Assembly (NCBI GenBank): GCA_951406725.2
Contig: OX597829.1
Span: 57,102,001-57,166,000 of the forward strand
Source of the DNA: Octopus vulgaris
Lineage: Eukaryota
DNA: 64,000 nt
Direction: 5' to 3'
Position 1 is the stretch's first letter. Each line of letters starts with the position of its first letter. Both the position numbers and the translations under genes were made by a program. Below are positions 39,951 through 53,179 of this stretch, piece after piece. Under the pieces are notes generated by a model, which ran no database searches, was not told the DNA's origin, and saw nothing but the letters and a program-made list of their open reading frames with translations.

Positions 39951-40175
39951 GCTGCTTGGACCGACCTTACGCCTCTACCACCATCATTTCATCTCACATA
40001 AATCCTATGGGAGTCGATGTTGGAGTGGCAGTTGCCAGTGGTGGTCAGTATCTTTTTTTGATTTTGATGTATGTATGTATGTATGTATGTATGTATGTAT
40101 GTATGTATGTATGTATGTATGTATGTATGTATGTATGTATGTATGTATGTATGTATGTGTGTATGTATGTGTGTG

Positions 40176-40220
<45 letters not shown>

Positions 40221-40286
40221 AATACTTTTTTTCAGAATGAGATAAAAAAACCAAGGTTGTGAAGATTTCAGAACATTTATAAATAG

Positions 40287-40334
40287 GTCTTACAGCTGTT
40301 TCTAGGCTATTTTTTATATCCCTTCATCGGAGAC
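40287..40334 (-). ncRNA. Minimal type I hammerhead-like motif (U4C core) near (TA)n
   Basis: GTCT-CCGATGA-AGGGATATAAAAAATAGCCTA-GAAA-CAGCTG-TA-AGAC; stem I GTCT/AGAC, palindromic stem III. Confidence 0.65.
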
Positions 40335-41451
40335 GGTGTGAGAAAATCGTTAAGCAATAGTTATTCTAGAGAAGATATGAAATAGAGAGTGGAGTGGAGG
40401 AATGAAAATAAATGTGAGATATGCAGGGATATTGGATCTGTAGTTCCATTATTTAGGCAGAATGGTTTACATATAAGATTCTAGTACCTTGTGAATAAAA
40501 TCTAATAGTATTTAAAACTGGTCATTCCAAGTATAGAGTTTGTACATAGTGCTATTGAATCAAGGATTTTATATATATTCAGTTGAATTAGGTATTTAAA
40601 TCGAGGCATCTTGTTAGGACGAACTTATTTCATCAGTTAAAGGCGTCGCTCATAACGGCCGTAATGTATTAACACTTATACATTTTTGTTACTCATTTAC
40701 ACACACAAACACACACACACACACACACACACACTTCTTTTGGAATGGTAGATCTCGAAACAGATTAATATCGGGTTAAAAATCCTCCTCGATGGTGAAA
40801 TTCGAAGGCAACCCTTGGGACACAACTCACATTTGCAAACATGACAGCCATGTTTCAATTATCTCTAATTGATAAACATTTCTCTATCCATTCTTTGGCA
40901 TCATGTTACGTGCAGAAATTATTTAAATTGTCACGAATCAAATTTCTTCTGAATGTGTGATAAAAAGAAACATTGTGATAATTTTGCTAACAAATTCAAA
41001 ATATATAATTTCTGAAGATCTGTAGCGATTGGAGAAAGCAGATATTCCTTGGTAAGACAACGAATTTATAAAATATAACTATTCGTGTAGACACATACGT
41101 AAACATAAACATAAACATACCTACAGATATACATATATATGCATAAAAACCAACTTACACACACACACTAACGTATTAATTAAAAAGAGATCAATTTCAA
41201 GGTCGATAATACTCCTCATCAAAGCCAATATATATCTAAACACAGAGTGGGGTATATATAAGCCATTATAAGCATGCGAACATATAATATATAAAAACAT
41301 ATATATACATGTAATAATGTAATGCCGTGCTCAAATCAATGTCAGACATAAATACATGCAGACAAATCAAAGGGTCTCCAGCTGATGAGATGAAAGTTCA
41401 CTATAATCTAAAAAGGGAATTTCTCAAATGAATCCCATAAATCCGACAGGA

Positions 41452-41537
41452 TCTTACCGTCGTTTCCGGGAATGTGCGAAGACGTGTGAAGGCGAATCCT
41501 TTTCAACTTCAGTAATTCACATTTCCTTCATCAGAGA
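41452..41537 (-). ncRNA. Type I hammerhead-like motif with long stem II
   Basis: TCT-CTGATGA-A-GGAAATGTG...CACATTCCC-G-GAAA-CGACGG-TA-AGA. Confidence 0.6.
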
Positions 41538-41661
41538 ATATGCACGGATTCAGAATTTCAAATAAAATAGAATTTTTCATGATATTCTAAGAATATGTTT
41601 AAGCAGTTGTAATTGTATACAAGTATAAAAGTTTTATAAATTCCGGGATTCCAGGTCATTT

Positions 41662-43264
41662 GATTTTATTTTAGACATAAAGACCTGCTACAGAGGGGAC
41701 AGCACAAGGACAGACGAACACATAAGCAGGGGGAAAAATAAACGGATGAGAAAGATGGCATGAAATAATGATGAATGGATGAAATGAAGGTCACTCGAAC
41801 CCCAAAATCCAAGTGACCTCATTTAACCTTTTAACACATTTTAGACAACAATGAAAACCATTTGAAAGCACAGTTAATCATTCCATTTCGAAGTTTGTAA
41901 AATAGGTATTGTGGAAGCCTACCGTTCGCGGCACTTCACCAGTGTTGACCTCTTGTCGCATGTCGATGACATTCTTCCCATATTTCTCCATCAGACTGAG
42001 TCGGTTCTCGTTATTCACCAGAGCGCACTCCACATGAGCCGGCCCTTCCCTCACACTCCGATACGTCTACCTTTACGGGAGAGTTCAAGTCACATTTCTC
42101 TTCTCTTAGCTCTTTATGAGTTATTGTACAAGACAATGCAACACGTTTCTTTTTTGGGGGTGGGGATTGGGGAATTTCAGGCTCGTGCTTGTCTGCATTC
42201 GTGTCTATGTCTGGTGGGGAAGGGGGAGAGTTGGTGACTGCAGAGGGAGGGTGGGACAGAATGGGGCAGGGTGGAGATCGGGCGGGGTGGGGCTTCACTA
42301 TTTCAACTTGTATTCTCTTCTTTCTCTTTTTCCTATTTTTTGTCGACTGTACTCCATTCCTCTTGTTTCTGCCATCGTTTGGGGTTCCTCCTCTTTGTCC
42401 AATTCCTCCTCGCACTTCTATACCATATGACGACGCAGGAGGTGGAGGTGCGATTTCCTGAATTACTTTGCGTCAGGCGGAGGGCACTCCGCTCTTATGT
42501 GACCCTTCTGGACACACTTGTAACATCGGGGCGTCGTACCCTTCACCATGACTCTCAGCCTCACCTCATTGCCAACAGTTATGGTGTCGACCACCTTTTC
42601 CAGGTCCTCCGGAGCGGCCTGGATGATCACCTCCAGGCTTTGCTCTTGCCAATTCCTTTGCGATATACGTGTAGCTAGGAGGACTACAATCTTCTCTTCT
42701 AAACCTAATAGGATGGCTGCCACCAGCCAGGCAATATTTACCTCTGGAGGGGTTTCTTTCAACCTTACTCTGGAAGCACGGCTTCCCAGGTAAATGGGCA
42801 GAAGAGCCACCTCGTCTGTCGTAAGGGAAGTAACGGAGTGCTGCCTACCTATTGCCTCAGTTGCAAATCACACTTCCATCGTCGCGTACTTTCTTCCTCT
42901 GGCAAGGTACGTGATGTCCGTCCAGATGGGTCGCAGCGCTTTTTCAACTTGAGACCTTGTTGCTACTTCTATCTTTTACAATTTCAGGTTTTACGTTCTG
43001 TACATTATCATCTTCTCCTCCACTTGTTTTGTAGTCTCGCTGGGAGGGGCTCAGCTTTACTTCGTGCCCCTCCCACTTCAACTATGCCTTGAATTTTTCA
43101 AATTTCTCCCTCTCGATGCATAAATCTTCTTTTCTTCCTCTAGCTGCATCCTCAGAATTTCTCTTACTTTCCTCCTCCATTGCCTAGTCAATTATTTTTA
43201 TTCTCTTCAGTAACTCGTCTTCAGATGATGTCATTTCTGACGAGCTAACACTCTCGTACATCAT
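41662..43264 (-). mobile_element. L1/Tx1-like element with only a decayed ORF1 (gag-like, CCHC knuckle) and a 3' tail
   Basis: ORF pieces MMYESVSSSE... / LLPIYLGSRASRVRL...RCYKCVQKGHIRAEC (CX2CX4HX4C) ending near 41878, then a short UTR ending TGTCCTTGTGCTGTCCCCTCTG...AAAATAAA. Confidence 0.7.
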
Positions 43265-44006
43265 TTTTGATAATAGCACTTCGTAGTATGTTAATGGCTT
43301 CCTTAATGCATAATTTGCAAACTTATGTATGAGTATTGTATGGAGTAATTCATTCAGACCATTAAAAAAAATATTTATTATTACTATTTTTTTAATTTAT
43401 TGATATAAATGGTCAAGGCCGCTGAGCTTTAAGATTTCATATTTATAAACGAGTTTAAGTGAGCCCTATACCTGACTTTGAAATCAAAAGTACTTCCTCT
43501 ATATACTTTCTAAGGATCCTTTAAGTTGCTTAGTTCGCACTTATATACGACGTTTCTACATAGGCACTGTTTAAAGGACAGATGTTTCGGGATCGGAAAT
43601 TGCATCTTTTATCCCCGGGACAATCATTTTCCATGTCATATCCAGCTTACTAGCATTATTATCAACCTTATTTCGCAATATAAATCTATTATTCGTTGCT
43701 ATAATCAACCCCAAGTTTGGCCTCGTAGAATAAGATAATTTCAAAGATGATCTATTAAATATAGAATGATACTTATGTTCTAAAGGGAAGTTCCTACTGA
43801 TTAATCTAAAAAAACATCTTAGGGAGGTTCCTAAACTGAAGGGAAAATGGAGGAGTAAACCAGATTATATCCCATTTTCGAGATGTTTTATTACCAGATT
43901 GTTTGCTCAAATTTTGGTTCTCCGCGATCTTATAATTCAAATGATTGCTATTCCTATTCTGTCTATATTTGAGCCTGAATTCAGTAGGATCAGTACCATA
44001 ATGGAC

Positions 44007-44390
<384 letters not shown>

Positions 44391-44394
44391 ACAC

Positions 44395-44550
44395 GACGAG
44401 CTTCTTTCTTCTACCAAATCCACTCACAAGGCTTTGATCAAACCGAGGTAATAACGGAAGACACTTGCAAAAAGGCGCCGCGCAGCGGAATTGAACCTGG
44501 AACGATGTGGTTGGGAAGAAAGCCACTTACCATATTGCTACGCCTGCGTT
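44395..44550 (-). mobile_element. CORE-type SINE 5' half
   Basis: CTACCAAATCCACTCACAAGGCTTTG...GAAGACACTTGC...TGTGGTTGGGAAG. Confidence 0.7.
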
Positions 44551-44872
44551 TATGTAGAAAATAGATATCTGACTAAATCAATAGTAAATTATATTATATC
44601 AGTGACTGGATTATGGTAGATTATATCGATAAGTGTTATAGATTATAATAAACCAGAAACATGAGTAAATTAGATATATCCTGCAAATTATAAACGAGAT
44701 TTTTACAATCACGCAGATATACATATTCATACATATCCTACAATCCCCACCGACTGTCTGTGTGTGTGCGCGCGTGCGCATAAAAGACTTTTTGTATTCC
44801 TGTGTGTTGTACTAATACATCTGTTTGTTTTGTACACCACCTGTCTTCGTCTTTTGTTTTTTTGTAAACTCT

Positions 44873-45375
<503 letters not shown>

Positions 45376-46114
45376 ATATACATGCATATGTGATGGCAAC
45401 GATGATGGCTACGACTGACCATGATGATGTAGATGATGAAGTTGATGGTATTTGTGGTGTTGATGGTGGTAGTGGTAATGATGATAGTAATCTGAAGAGG
45501 TGCGACTGTCAAAAGAGGAAGAAGGAATATTGGGGAAGAAAAAGAAGAAATAAATCAGACAAGAGAGAAGGAAGAAGTAAGACATCGCGGAATATATGGA
45601 TAAAGAAAGAATGAAACGGAAGAGGGCGCTGTATGGCTGCTCAATAGGAGCTTGGACACTCCGGAGACGGAAAATGTCTATCATGCATCTATACATGTAT
45701 TCAGCGATCTGAACAAGGTTCATAGAACCGTGTGGCTATCACAGAAAACTCTTCTAACCGGCTTGGCTAACAGACCACGAAGTATTCCAATACGGAGGAG
45801 TATCAGACAGAGTTCTACGCAGCTGAAATCCTGGAGATCCAATTGGTGAAATTATTTCCCGAGGAGGATATATATAAACCGTAAAATGTCAGGAGACTGA
45901 GCGGTGAATATATCTATTTAACGTTTAATGAATGTTGTGCATTCATTATGCGCAGCCTGAACCCAACTCATATATCCTTCGTTCTGTTTGCCATGACAAC
46001 AGTTAATTACAGCTCGTGACAGTTTAAAAAAAAAACCCTGAAAATTGTTATGAAATTATCACGCTACAATTTCAAATAGACATAGATTTTTGCAGGTAAT
46101 ATTTAACTTAGTGA

Positions 46115-46300
46115 AAGCGGTAGAATAGCACGCCGGCATTTCGTCCGTCTTTACGTTTTGAGTTCAAATTCCACCGAGGTCGGTTTTGCTATTCATATTT
46201 TCAAAGTCGATAAAATAAGAACCACTTGAGCAATGGGGTCGATGTAATCGACATGCCACCTCCAGTGAAATTGCTGGCCTTGTGCCAAAATTTGTAATCA
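46115..46300 (+). mobile_element. Nin-type SINE (GCCTTGTGCCAAAATTTG tail)
   Basis: TTTGAGTTCAAATTCCACCGAGGTCGG...GGGGTCGATGTAATCGAC. Confidence 0.75.
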
Positions 46301-46324
46301 ATAGTTAACCAAGTAAATAAAAGG

Positions 46325-46558
46325 GGCGATGAGCTGGCAGAAACGTTAGCACACCGGACGAAATGTTGAGAGGTATTTCGTCTGCCGTTACGTTCTGAGT
46401 TCAAATTCCGCCGAGGTTAACTTTGCCCTTTCATCCTTTCGGGGTCGATTAAATAAGTACCAGTTACGCATTGGGGTCGATGTAATCGACTTAATAACCT
46501 TGTCCTTGTTTGTCCCCTCAATGTTTAGCCCCTTGTGGGCAATAAAGAAATAAGAAAC
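46325..46558 (+). mobile_element. Full-length Nin-type SINE (TGTCCTTGTTTGTCCCCTC tail)
   Basis: Matches 18872-19100 over its length. Confidence 0.9.
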
Positions 46559-46769
46559 TAAATTTAATTCTCAAAAAAGTAGAGAGAAAGAAGAAAGAGA
46601 AAGAGAAGGAAAAGAAGAGAAAAATAAAAATTATTAAAACTTTTATTTGTTGAGGTTATCTCTACATATGTGCGATACAAATTATATCCATCGCTTATTT
46701 TTGTTACAGTGTTTCGTATACGAGGCGTCAGATGTAAAACAAGATCGAAGATGAAAAATGGGTAACAGG

Positions 46770-46812
46770 CGTATATGCCATATTCCGGGGAGTTTTTGCC
46801 CCTTCATCAGCA
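46770..46812 (-). ncRNA. Degenerate hammerhead-like motif
   Basis: CTGATGA-A-GGGG-CAAAAACT-CCCC-GGAA-TATG-G-CATA-TA; GAAA is changed to GGAA and stem I is weak. Confidence 0.4.
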
Positions 46813-46869
46813 AAACGAAATAGCACGTACCTACAAGTCATCAGTATTAAATCCTTTCTCGGTTTTGTT

Positions 46870-47001
46870 TAAGAATTTTGCTTTGCAACCTCTAGTTTCG
46901 ACTTCAGTACCACTGGATGGCATCTTGGACAAGTGTCTTTATACTATAGGTCCAGCTCGATCAATGTTTTGCGCGAGTGAATTTGCTTGACACTGCGTGT
47001 G

Positions 47002-47051
<50 letters not shown>

Positions 47052-47400
47052 CGTTTACAACATAAGAATTTAGAAACTTCGGGAGAACGTGAAATAATTC
47101 ATTCTTAAGGAATCTTCATGCTCTTATAGCTTTATGTATATCGAAGTCTACATTTAATATATAATCGTATTTGTGTGTGTGTGTGTTTGTGCTTGTCCTT
47201 ATCCCTTGACCACCGCTGTTAGTTTGTTTACAACCCTATAAGCTAACGGTTCGGTAAAAGAGACCGATAGAATAAGTACCAGGCTTAAAAAACAAAAACA
47301 AAAAAAATCCCCGTAAGTACTGGGGTCGATTTGTTCGATTAAAACGGTGCCCCAGTATGGCCGCACTCCAATGACTGAAAGAAGTAAAACAGAAGAAAAA
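46870..47400 (+). mobile_element. Diverged CORE-type SINE (split)
   Basis: GGCATCTTGGACAAGTGTCTT... and GGTTCGGTAAAAGAGACCGATAGAATAAGTACC...GGTGCCCCAGTATGGCCGCA. Confidence 0.65.
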
Positions 47401-47889
47401 TGATCATTTTCTACGCGCAGTTTCAATCTCTGGTTGTCATGGGTGCCGCGTAGAATTATTCGAAAAAGACGGCAGAAGACAGATGTAGATCAACATGAAC
47501 ATGAGACTGATCTTGTTACTTGTTAACGGCCGTCGTAAGGAAACAGCAGCTAAAAATAACGTTTGTTTAAAGTAAAGGGAACTTTAATATCATAGGGTTT
47601 AATCTCGGTTTGAACACCTCACCTCGTTTTTAAAAGCCATTCAAAATTTGTCCTTGAAAATAGAGATCAAGAAGAGATTTTACTAATTATACGTCCCATG
47701 GCAATACTTAGAGGAATAAGAATTTTTATTATTTCTAATTTAAGATATTCTGTAAAGCATATTGCGCCATTACACGTTCAGAGTTGTTATAACTTGGTCA
47801 TCCATCAACCCACCCATCCATCCATTCATCCATCAATCCATCCATTTTCTCCACTCACTATTCTTAGGAGAATGGTGGGGGTAGAGTCC

Positions 47890-48100
47890 TCAGGAATTTC
47901 TCCATAGGGTCCTATCAGATATTTGATCAACCAGATATTTGCTCTACGGCAGAAACCGTGAGAAATATTGCTAAGAAGTGTACGCTTGTTTTGTAGACCT
48001 CAAAAAAAGAATGTAGCCACATGCCGTGGGAAATACGGTGGAGGGTTTTGAAGGAGTTTCAGATTAAGGGGCAACATCTGATTGCTGCGCAGTCCTCTGT
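47890..48100 (+). pseudogene. RTE-type RT fragment
   Basis: NQIFALRQ...EVYACFVDLKK...WRVLKEFQIKG (RT subdomain 2-3 like). Confidence 0.6.
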
Positions 48101-48359
48101 AACTCGACCCCTTTATCAATTGATCCCACCCATATCCATTTACTTTGGTTTGAGTAAAGTTTTTAGAAATATTGTCCCTAACCGACCTCTGTGATCTAGT
48201 TTATACTTCTACTCGGCCTGCAAAACCAAACGAGTTTTATACTCCTCCATTCTCTTCTCGGAATTAGATGATATTTAGTAATAATCGTAGAAACAACTTT
48301 TGGGTTCTTGACATTTGGTGGTATTCCAACCATAACCATTGTGTTTATCAATTCAGCTG

Positions 48360-48990
48360 GATAATCCGTCAATATTTTTTCATCCGTGTCATCAATTTTC
48401 GGGTCAGATGATCTTTATCAATTTTGGACATAGTGCTAATTGAGAGATTGTATGGTGTTATGGAGATATTGATTGACCTCGCTCTCAACTGCCGCCCCCT
48501 ATACGTAATAGTCCAGTGGATTGAGGTCTGGTAAGCAAAGAGGACACGTGTGTGGGAGAACATGATAATAGGAATTGGCACGCTTGGGTTGTCTTAGATT
48601 TATGAGACGGCGCAGGGTCTTGTTGGAAGATGTACTGTCTTCCTTTCCGTACTCTGTCTATTCAGGGCCTCGCAAATTTCTCCAACACCTCTGGTGGTCC
48701 ATTCTGAAACCTTAAGGTCCTTTACAATGACTCTGATTGACTTTCGGGGTTTTATTTTATCGATTATTTCTTGGACTTTTTGTACACAATTCTGATGGCG
48801 TTATGACCTTGAACCTGCGTTTTGCGTCAAGATGATGATGCTGGATCCTCGTCAGCATCTTCCAGTTTCTGTCGAACTTTGACAACGAAGGATTTGACAA
48901 CTTTCAGGAAGCGAGCTATCTCTGTATAACGATTTGCTGTACTTTTAAGGCAAAGATTTTGTCGCGTGCCATTTCATTTGGTGAGTCATC
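48360..48990 (-). pseudogene. Tc1/mariner-superfamily transposase remnant
   Basis: EIARFLKVVKSFVVKVRQKLE (HTH region), YIFQQDPAPSHKSKTTQA and PDLNPLDYYV. Confidence 0.8.
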
Positions 48991-48994
48991 ATGT

Positions 48995-49365
48995 AAGTAT
49001 GTATGTATGCATGTATGTATGTACGTATGTATGTATGTATGTATGTATGTATGTATGTATGTATGTATGTATGTATGTATGTATATATGAATGAATGTAT
49101 GTATGTATGTATGTATGTATGTATGTGTGTGTGTATGTATGTATGTATGTATGTATGTATGTATGTATGTATGTATGTATGTATGTATGTATGTGTGTGT
49201 GTATGTATGTATGTGTGTATGTATGTATGTATGTATGTATGTATGTATGTATGTATGTGTGTATGTATGTGTGTGTATGTATGTATGTGTGTATGTATGT
49301 ATGTATGTATGTATGTATGTATGTATGTGTGTATGTATGTATGTATGTATGTATGTATGTGTATG
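48995..49365. repeat. (TATG)n microsatellite
   Basis: Direct inspection. Confidence 0.95.
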
Positions 49366-49595
49366 TGGAGAGAGATAAAGGGAGAGAGAGAGCGAGAGAG
49401 GTAAGAGAGAGAGATATGTTAAATAACATACAACATAAATTCTTGATTCATTAAAATCATCTCCGCCTCGGGAGGATGTATCATAATTACCAAGACAATT
49501 ATGAGCGGCGCCATTTGAGAAGGGGAGATAATCTCAAGATTTAAAAAAATCCAAGATTGACTTGTTATTAAGGAAATGGACATGGACACACACGT

Positions 49596-49635
<40 letters not shown>

Positions 49636-50150
49636 CATAAGTTTCACATGCAGTTATATTTTCAAGAAATAAAAGAACGTCTATATTTTTGAAACTGAAA
49701 TTAACTTTGTTGGTACACACCCGATTCATTATTCCATGGAAGTGACTTGCCATTTTCTAAATATGTCACTTCACAGTTTCATTACCATAATTCTTTGTAT
49801 GTCTGCTCCTTCAAGCCTGCGTTTCTGAAATGTGTTTCTTGTTCGGTTATATTTTCGTGGTTCTTAGACTGACTGGCTTCTTATTGCACCTGTCTTTTTT
49901 TTTGCGATGAGGAGGCACTTGAATGTCTTTGTTGAATTCTTTATCTGGTTTTTTAATTGTTCTTGAAATGGGTTTCCTTTTTGGTTGTTTCCTCGCAGAG
50001 ACAAACATAATTTTAGTAAATCAAGAATTTATGTTATATCATATTTGATATACCTGTATGTTTTCCATGTTCGAATACATGTCAGTGGCATCTCAGAGGT
50101 ACTTCTCTCAGCTCATTTTCGATCATATATATAATAACCACTCGATTTAC

Positions 50151-50339
50151 GCAATTTGAAACAGTATTAAATAAAAATCGCCGGCTGTGTAACGTAGTAA
50201 TCGTATATACACTGTTAGAAGAATACGATGCTGAGGAATTTTATCTCTGAAAATTCCTCGGCTTCATACCTTGTAACGGTGTATATACGTTTAGCATGAC
50301 ACACAGCTGGTGATTTTAATTTACTACTGTTTCAGTTGC
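50151..50339. repeat. Imperfect ~190-bp palindrome
   Basis: GCTGAGGAATTTT/AAAATTCCTCGGC centre; CGTATATACACTGTTA/TAACGGTGTATATACG; AAACAGTA/TACTGTTT. Confidence 0.8.
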
Positions 50340-51583
50340 ATGCACTGAATTTTTCTACAGCTCGTCAAGCTTCTGCAATACCAGTGAATGCTATAAATAT
50401 ATGTAATCGAACATCTGAGTAGGGCTGCTCAAAGCCCCTATTTCGGCTCAATAAAACACACATGACAATAACTTAGAAATAATCTGGTGATTGGTTTCCA
50501 AAGATAAATGATTCTATTCCAACTGAATGTACTCCTAACAAGGGTGGTCATTAACGGATTCAGTTGAAAACTAAGTACAAATAGTTCCAAATTAAGACAT
50601 TCAATTTCTGAAGAATTGAGAACGTTATTCTGTATAGAAGTTTGGGGACTTGCAAGATTACACACACACACGCGCACACACACACACACACACACGCACG
50701 CACACACACACACACACGCACGCACACACACACACAAAATACACACATACACGCGCACACATACACGCGCATACACACACACACGAACGCACGCACACAC
50801 ACAAGCGCGCGGGTACGCACGCAGACGTTTTCTGAAAAGTGCAGTGGAAAGCAGAAGACATTGTTTTAGAAAGTGCATCAATGCGCGAAACGCAAGAATA
50901 TAACGGTGTGTGCGTGCGTGTGTATGCGTGCGTGTGTGTGTGCGTGCGAGTTTGTGCGTGTGTGCGTGTGTGTGTGAGTTTGTGTGTGTGTGTGTGCGTG
51001 CGTGCGTGCGTGTGTGTGTGTGTGGGCGCCAGTGCTTGTGCATTCGTGCGCGTGGGCTCCACTATCAATGTGTAAAGCACGTGCTTAGCCGAGAATTTAT
51101 ATTCGCATCTTTTTTTTTTTATCGGATGCATACATGTTTGGCATCAGCCTCCATATTACGCCAGCACCGCCACCACCACCACCACCACCACCACCACCAC
51201 CACCACCACCACCACCACCACCACCACCACCAGCACAACTGCAACAACAACAACAAATACGACCATAACCACAACATTCTCATCATCATAATCGTTTTCA
51301 GCGTCAGTATCATATCTGATTGTTGTTGCTGTTGTTGTTGTAAAAGTTGGATGAGGGGGTGGGGGAAGGGTGCGGGGGTGGGGTGGGGGAGAGAGGACAA
51401 GAATGGATAATAATCTAGGCCAAGCATTTGTTGGATTGTGTGTGTGTGTGTGTATTGGCAGATGTTGGGGTGTATATGAATGCCATGGCGGGTGTATAAG
51501 CGGGTGACTGTGTCAGTATTACACGTAAATATGTTATACTACGCATGTAATTATACATACACACATGTATGAATATACATACA

Positions 51584-51638
<55 letters not shown>

Positions 51639-51659
51639 ATATATATATATTACATACAT

Positions 51660-51704
<45 letters not shown>

Positions 51705-51812
51705 ACACTCACGTATACACATAAATATGTAAGTATTTATAAATTTAATGATTTATGTGTGTGTGAGTGTCAGTGGGTGTGTGTGTGGAGATAGATAGAT
51801 AGCCTGAGAGAA

Positions 51813-51859
<47 letters not shown>

Positions 51860-52100
51860 GAGAGAGAGAGAGAGCAATGTGACTTGCCTATTCGGCTGAG
51901 GTGAGTCATTCTGAGATTATCTCGCAACAATACGAACAACGGACCCCAGAAAATACATATTATATACTTTCTTACACTCCCCATCTCTCTCCCTCTCTCT
52001 TTCCCTCTAGACATACACCAACACATACATACATACATACATACATACATACATGCATGCATACATATGTTTGTGTTTATATACATATGGATGTGTGATG

Positions 52101-52175
<75 letters not shown>

Positions 52176-52204
52176 CCCTCTCTCACCCCTCTCTCTCTTT
52201 CTCA

Positions 52205-52267
<63 letters not shown>

Positions 52268-52326
52268 GCTAACCACGATTTTTTTCCCTCCGTTTTCCTT
52301 TTCTCTTGGACTTTCCTCTGTCTCCT

Positions 52327-52361
52327 GTTTCTGACGAAGAGCTTTGCTCGAAACGTAAAAC
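52327..52361 (+). ncRNA. Canonical minimal type I hammerhead in a ~215-bp element (52265-52478) between TA tracts
   Basis: GTTT-CTGACGA-A-GAGC-TTT-GCTC-GAAA-CG-TA-AAAC: intact core and perfect stems I and II. Confidence 0.85.
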
Positions 52362-53022
52362 CACCGTTTTTCCCTTCACTGAGCATCTGCTAATACTTTA
52401 CATGTACCACGTCCTCGTGTTGTTTTTTTTTTTTTTTGTTCCTGGTTTTTTTTTGGGGCGGGGGGAGTTACCTATTTTATATATTTATATATATATATCC
52501 CCATCACCGTTCACTATCTGCCCCTCTCTTTTCTCACTCTTCCACCTTTAGTCTCTCGTAGCTCACACGTGACCATCGGCCATCTTTCTTTTCCTAACTT
52601 GAGCTTCTTTCTTTCGTTTTGATCTGCTACACAGATCACACGTATTCTCTTCTGTCTCTTCTCCTATCTTTTTCCCTGTTAAAGCTTGTTCCGTCCGCAT
52701 TCGCCACCTTACCTCATTATGGCTTAGCAGCCCGTACTATTTGTTTTCACTGTCCTGTTTTTGTTACCAACCTTGACCCTTCGCAAATCCCAAATTATAT
52801 TTTGATTTGCAGGAGCAACCGCTTTCTCGAAGACGTATCTTGTAATTGCTCGAATTGTGGAGTAGATAAACAACCGACAACTGATGAAGGGTCGTTCTTT
52901 ATGTTACTTGTCTTCTTTTCCATTTGTTTCTTTTGTTGTTCGCAAAAAAGTTCGTATTCCATGTTTTCGTATTTCGTATTTCATGTTGTTTACGTTTTAT
53001 GATGTCCTGTACCCATATATGC

Positions 53023-53080
<58 letters not shown>

Positions 53081-53179
53081 CATATATATGTAAATATGTA
53101 CATATATGTATACATATATGTACATATATACATACATATGTATATGTATGTGAGTGTGTGTGTATGTATGTATAGGGAT

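Noticed and set aside
41380-41410. CTGATGA...GAAA on the plus strand
   Set aside because: No stem II between the boxes and no stem I.
45560-45780. Third R4-like fragment (WLLNRS / TPETENVY)
   Set aside because: Similarity is too short and degraded to call with confidence.
52780-52960. Hammerhead at CTGATGA (52881) or at the GAGCAA/TTGCTC stem
   Set aside because: The core boxes and stems are not in a workable order; possibly a decayed Penelope-like end but not supportable.
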